This document shows, piece after piece, positions 60,115 through 64,000 of a stretch of DNA of 64,000 nt. Each line of letters starts with the position of its first letter. Positions within the stretch are counted from its first letter, which is position 1. The notes beneath the pieces were generated by a model, which did no database searches, was not told where the DNA came from, and was given only the letters and a program-made list of their open reading frames with translations. Both the position numbers and the translations under genes were made by a program. The DNA is from Macrostomum hystrix (taxonomy: Eukaryota > Animalia > Platyhelminthes). Location: NCBI GenBank assembly GCA_950097015.1, contig CATNEN010000034.1:6820001-6884000 (forward strand), in the 5' to 3' direction.

Positions 60115-62094
60115 TGTTGAGACTGTAGCCGATGGCTGCAGGCTAGAAAAGCCAATGATTAAGGAAGCATAGTCAGGTTGAGACAGCTTGTTCAGCATTT
60201 TTATATTGCTTTTAGTTGCTCCAAAAGTTGTGAGTTTTGTGAGCTAATGATAAAACTTCAATATAAGCTCACAGATTACTAAAAATAGTAATTAAAAGCA
60301 AAATTACAACAAGATGGTGTCAGCTAGCATGAGATACTTGAAGAACTTGGAGAGAAAATCTTTGAGAAAACATATCTAGGAAATAATATAAGTAACTAAT
60401 AATTAGCAATAAATACATGCAACTCTTCTTTGGACAGCAATGGATGGCTAATCCTATATAGATTTAGTTATTAAATAACTTGTAAACAGCTATGCTAAGC
60501 CTGAGTATCTTCTCTCTCATTTTCAATTGGAAAACTCAGAATAAAGAAAAATGTCTAGATTTCAAAACTATGAAGATACTTAGAGATACTTATAACTTTG
60601 AGAAGCTATAGCTATATAATAAAAAGTAATTTTTTGTGAAACAGTCCTATCCTTCTATGCTGTACTGATTTGCTGATTCCTTAGAAATGTGACTAAATAT
60701 TAGTTGATAAACAATGGTATTGTGGTAGACCAACAACAGAACTCATAGAAATGTCTGACCTGGCTGTCTTGACTACAGTACAAACATACAGCCAATGATG
60801 CGCTGGCTAGCCAAGTACAGGCTGTTGTCAAACAAGCACCGGTGCCACTACTGCCCTATAGCACCCCAAATGCAGCTTCAACATTGCCAAAAGAAACACT
60901 CTGTCAAACTCTGTGAACATATTTTTGGAAATTTTTGGGTTTAATATAGCATTTCCCATACTTGTAGTATATTAATTTAAATAGCCAATTTATTCATTCA
61001 CTGATTTAATAAGAGCACTTTCTTAAGTATCAGAAGGGCAAGGCTATAATATAGATTTATACTTTTAGAGAAAAGCCTACAACTAATAAGGCCTAGTCAG
61101 AATATACAATTCTCAATTTGAGAAACCATTGGACAAACAAACTTATAGAATAATAGGAAACAATTGCAATAGGCATAGCATGCTACTCTTGCAATGTGGA
61201 AATACTATTCTAAGATATGTGCTCTAAAAATATGACATTAGAGTAGGCCTAGCTAGTTTTGGCATAAAACCTTTTGCTATGCTATGATAATGGCAAATTT
61301 AAAAAATCAATTCATGCATTGCTTTTTCATATTTTTCGGCTAATAATTTTTTGTTAGCTATAGTCACTAGTTGAATCTGCCTGCTTTATAGTTTCAGTTG
61401 AATCGCATTGTTTGTGGATTACTTAAAATATGTCCCTCCTTTTTCTTAAAACTTTAGAAAAGCAGAGATAAACTGATTAATCTGGGACTGACAAGATTCG
61501 TCCCAAACATCAAAACAATCATAATCATAATCATAAACTAAAAGTTTTGTCTAGGTCGATGCAGCAGTTTCATCGTCGAGTCTAGTTCGACAGCGGCATT
61601 ATGGTTGATATTTAAACTGCCGCCATTTCCTGCCTCGAAAAGTACTATGTATAAGAAATTTAATGTTTTTAGATTACCTAAGGTTTTAGGTACAGAATAG
61701 CCGTTGGATGAATTTGATAAGGTTAAAAATTTGCGCTTGACAGTTTTTATTTAATACATTCTTAGTTGCTTTCGCTATTAATATCAACGGTTGCTAAGGG
61801 ACATACTATTCGAGTTCGATTGCACATGTGTGGCAGTTGAGCAAAGTATATGCCGTTTCGCGACAATTTAAAAGGTGTCGCGAATTGAATAAGTTGCCAC
61901 ATGCACACTACACGCAGATAAAACATCCATAGGCACACATGCACTGGAAAGCAAGGATTATCAATAAAATTTTTGATGTTCATGATTGTTAATTTAACTC
62001 CAATAACAAATCCTTCGAACTTTTTATCTTGACCTATACAAATGTATATCAATGCGCGATAACGTACAAATGAAAGTAGTTGTAGCCTATTTAG

Positions 62095-63600
62095 TAGTAG
62101 TACGCCAACAATAATGCATGCTTCTGCATCGCGTCTACTAGACTCAGCCCCAACCCAATCGCTTCTGCCTGGAGCTCCAAACAAGCCGGGCACCAGCTGT
62201 ACCAGGGAGCGTGTTTAGAATTGCCACTTTTAACTGTCGCACTCTCAAATCTGCTTGGAGGAGAGAAATGCTGACGCAGCAGGAGGTATCATTTCTGACA
62301 GGACGGCCTCCAACGTGAGGATCTCGATGGCGGCTGGACCCTATTTTTCACCTCAGCGGACATTCGCGAACGTGGAGGAGTCGGCGCTCTGGTCGGACTG
62401 TGGTTACAGCAGAGTGTCTGCTTTGTCGCCGCGTCACCTCGGCTGCTTGTGGATGTGAGGCAGCGACGCCGTAACGCCCGGCTTTCCTGTGCGTATGCAC
62501 CAACAGCTGACCCTCAGCATTCTTTGATTTCGTGTTGGAGCAGCTCGAGCCGGTCGCGTCGCGGAACACTCTGGTGGTGCTCGGTGCTCAATCTCAACGC
62601 TATCGCGGAGGTCTGAGCGCTCCACATTGGTGTCCCCGCGCCATAATGGTAACTCTCTTGCGCTTGCGGACCTTAATTCGCGGCAAGATCTGGAGTGGGT
62701 GAACACGAGTTTCCGCAAGCCTGCTTTTCGGTTGGCAACCATTGTTAGTGCACTTTGCTCGCCAGGCGCCGGGAGGTCGCGCCCCCAGACCGGACGAGGT
62801 GCCTATTGAGGTCACTGAGATGATGATCGATGTCCTCTCTGGAGATGCCGTACCCCGCGAGTGGACAACCGCGCACATCGTCACGTGATTCCTGGGGCAA
62901 GGCACGACTCGAAAGAAGGAGCACAGAGGGATTTCACTCATGTCCTGCGCCGCGAAGCACAAGAAGAACCGCTACACAACCGCGTGCTGCTTGCTCGGTT
63001 ACAGCCTGCGCTTTGAACAGAACGGGGTTCAGCCCACTTTGCTGTACGGTAAATCAAAATTGTAGCCTTCATCGAGGAGGTGCGCTAGTCAAGTCTTCTG
63101 GTGATCTTCATTGAATTTCTCAAGGCTCTCGACGCGCTGGCTCGCGGCGCGCTGCCTCTCATGCTTCGTGCGTACAATCTACCGGAGCAGCTGATTTCCG
63201 CCATTATGGCGATTATCAGGACACGACCGCTTCGGTGCTGACGCCAGATGGACTGTCTAACCAATTTAGCATGTCTTCAGGCAGCGGCCCAGGCAGCGAG
63301 ACCAATGCTGCGCTCAATGTAAGAGCGCGCCTGACGCGGCCTTCTGAAGTGCTGCATGGGCGGTGACTTCGACTGGCCGGCCACGTCATCCGGATGGAGG
63401 CCCGCTGCCCTGAGCCGCTACTCGAGGTGCTGCTGCTCAAGCTGCAGGGACCGCCCAGGCGAGGCCAAAAGGGCGAACGGCGAGATTTCCTGACCGGCTT
63501 CTGAGGGATGCCGGCGCCCCGTACCAAGCTGGCGGGTGTGACTTTTTTAGATTGTTGGCCCAGAGACGCGCTCTCTCAGTCATTTGTTGTTGTTTTGTTG
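62095..63600 (+). mobile_element. Decayed, internally deleted RTE-type non-LTR retrotransposon
   Basis: APE start FRIATFNCRTLK (~62213); VPREWTTAHIV..IP..G...RGISLMSCAAK; RT IFIEFLKALDALAR...LRAYNLPEQLISAI; C-terminal LAGHVIRM..; (TTG)n tail at ~63585; many frameshifts. Confidence 0.8.
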
Positions 63601-64000
63601 CATTGCAGTACCCATATTTAATCTTTGTGGAAGCACGCATGATTATCAACTCAGAAAGTCAAGAGATTACATATAGAAAGGTCCCCCTTTGCTCCGAGAA
63701 AAGAAGAAGTATGAAGCCTTAAGATGGCACAAATCCAAATGGGAAAGTCCATAAAACTCCCAAACAGGATTTGGCAGCGGAATGTATTGGGTAATAAGGC
63801 ACAAAAAATCAATATACAAATATATTGATTTTCAATCGCTATCAATTTTAAACGGGCTAAAGAGGTCTGTGATCTAATGTATGTGACTAGTGAAATATAA
63901 CAAGCAAAGCGGGTACGAATTAATCCCATAAAGCGATACATATTTTGGAAGAATGGTTTGTCATTGTGCTTGCATGTCTCCTGCCGCAGCCAATAGAAAT

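Overview
This is eukaryotic (metazoan) genomic DNA, not prokaryotic. It has spliced genes with GT-AG introns, GC-rich exons in AT-rich spacers, and very abundant mini- and microsatellites. The style suggests a free-living flatworm such as Macrostomum; this is inference, not shown by a search. Recognisable genes are GIPC (+), a glutathione S-transferase (+), a CCDC85-like coiled-coil gene (+), FANCL (+), a flavin amine oxidase (-), two head-to-head Ly6/CD59-like three-finger genes, and an RGS12/loco-type PDZ-PTB-RGS-RBD-GoLoco gene (-). Two further putative genes have no recognisable family. The most striking feature is a cluster at 19.0-30.6 kb of six intronless genes for a 95-aa secreted six-cysteine peptide whose family I do not recognise. 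One copy is diverged and five are near-identical, in alternating orientation. They show gene-conversion signatures and two different upstream regions. Other notable points: ATG-less first exons in frame with a possible spliced-leader AUG; a nested LINE-in-LINE with a 13-bp target-site duplication (TSD); a probable solo LTR; two tRNA-derived SINE families; a decayed RTE-type LINE; and a ~9 kb satellite block with higher-order repeats. Gene models were built by hand from translation and splice motifs; no database searches were run.
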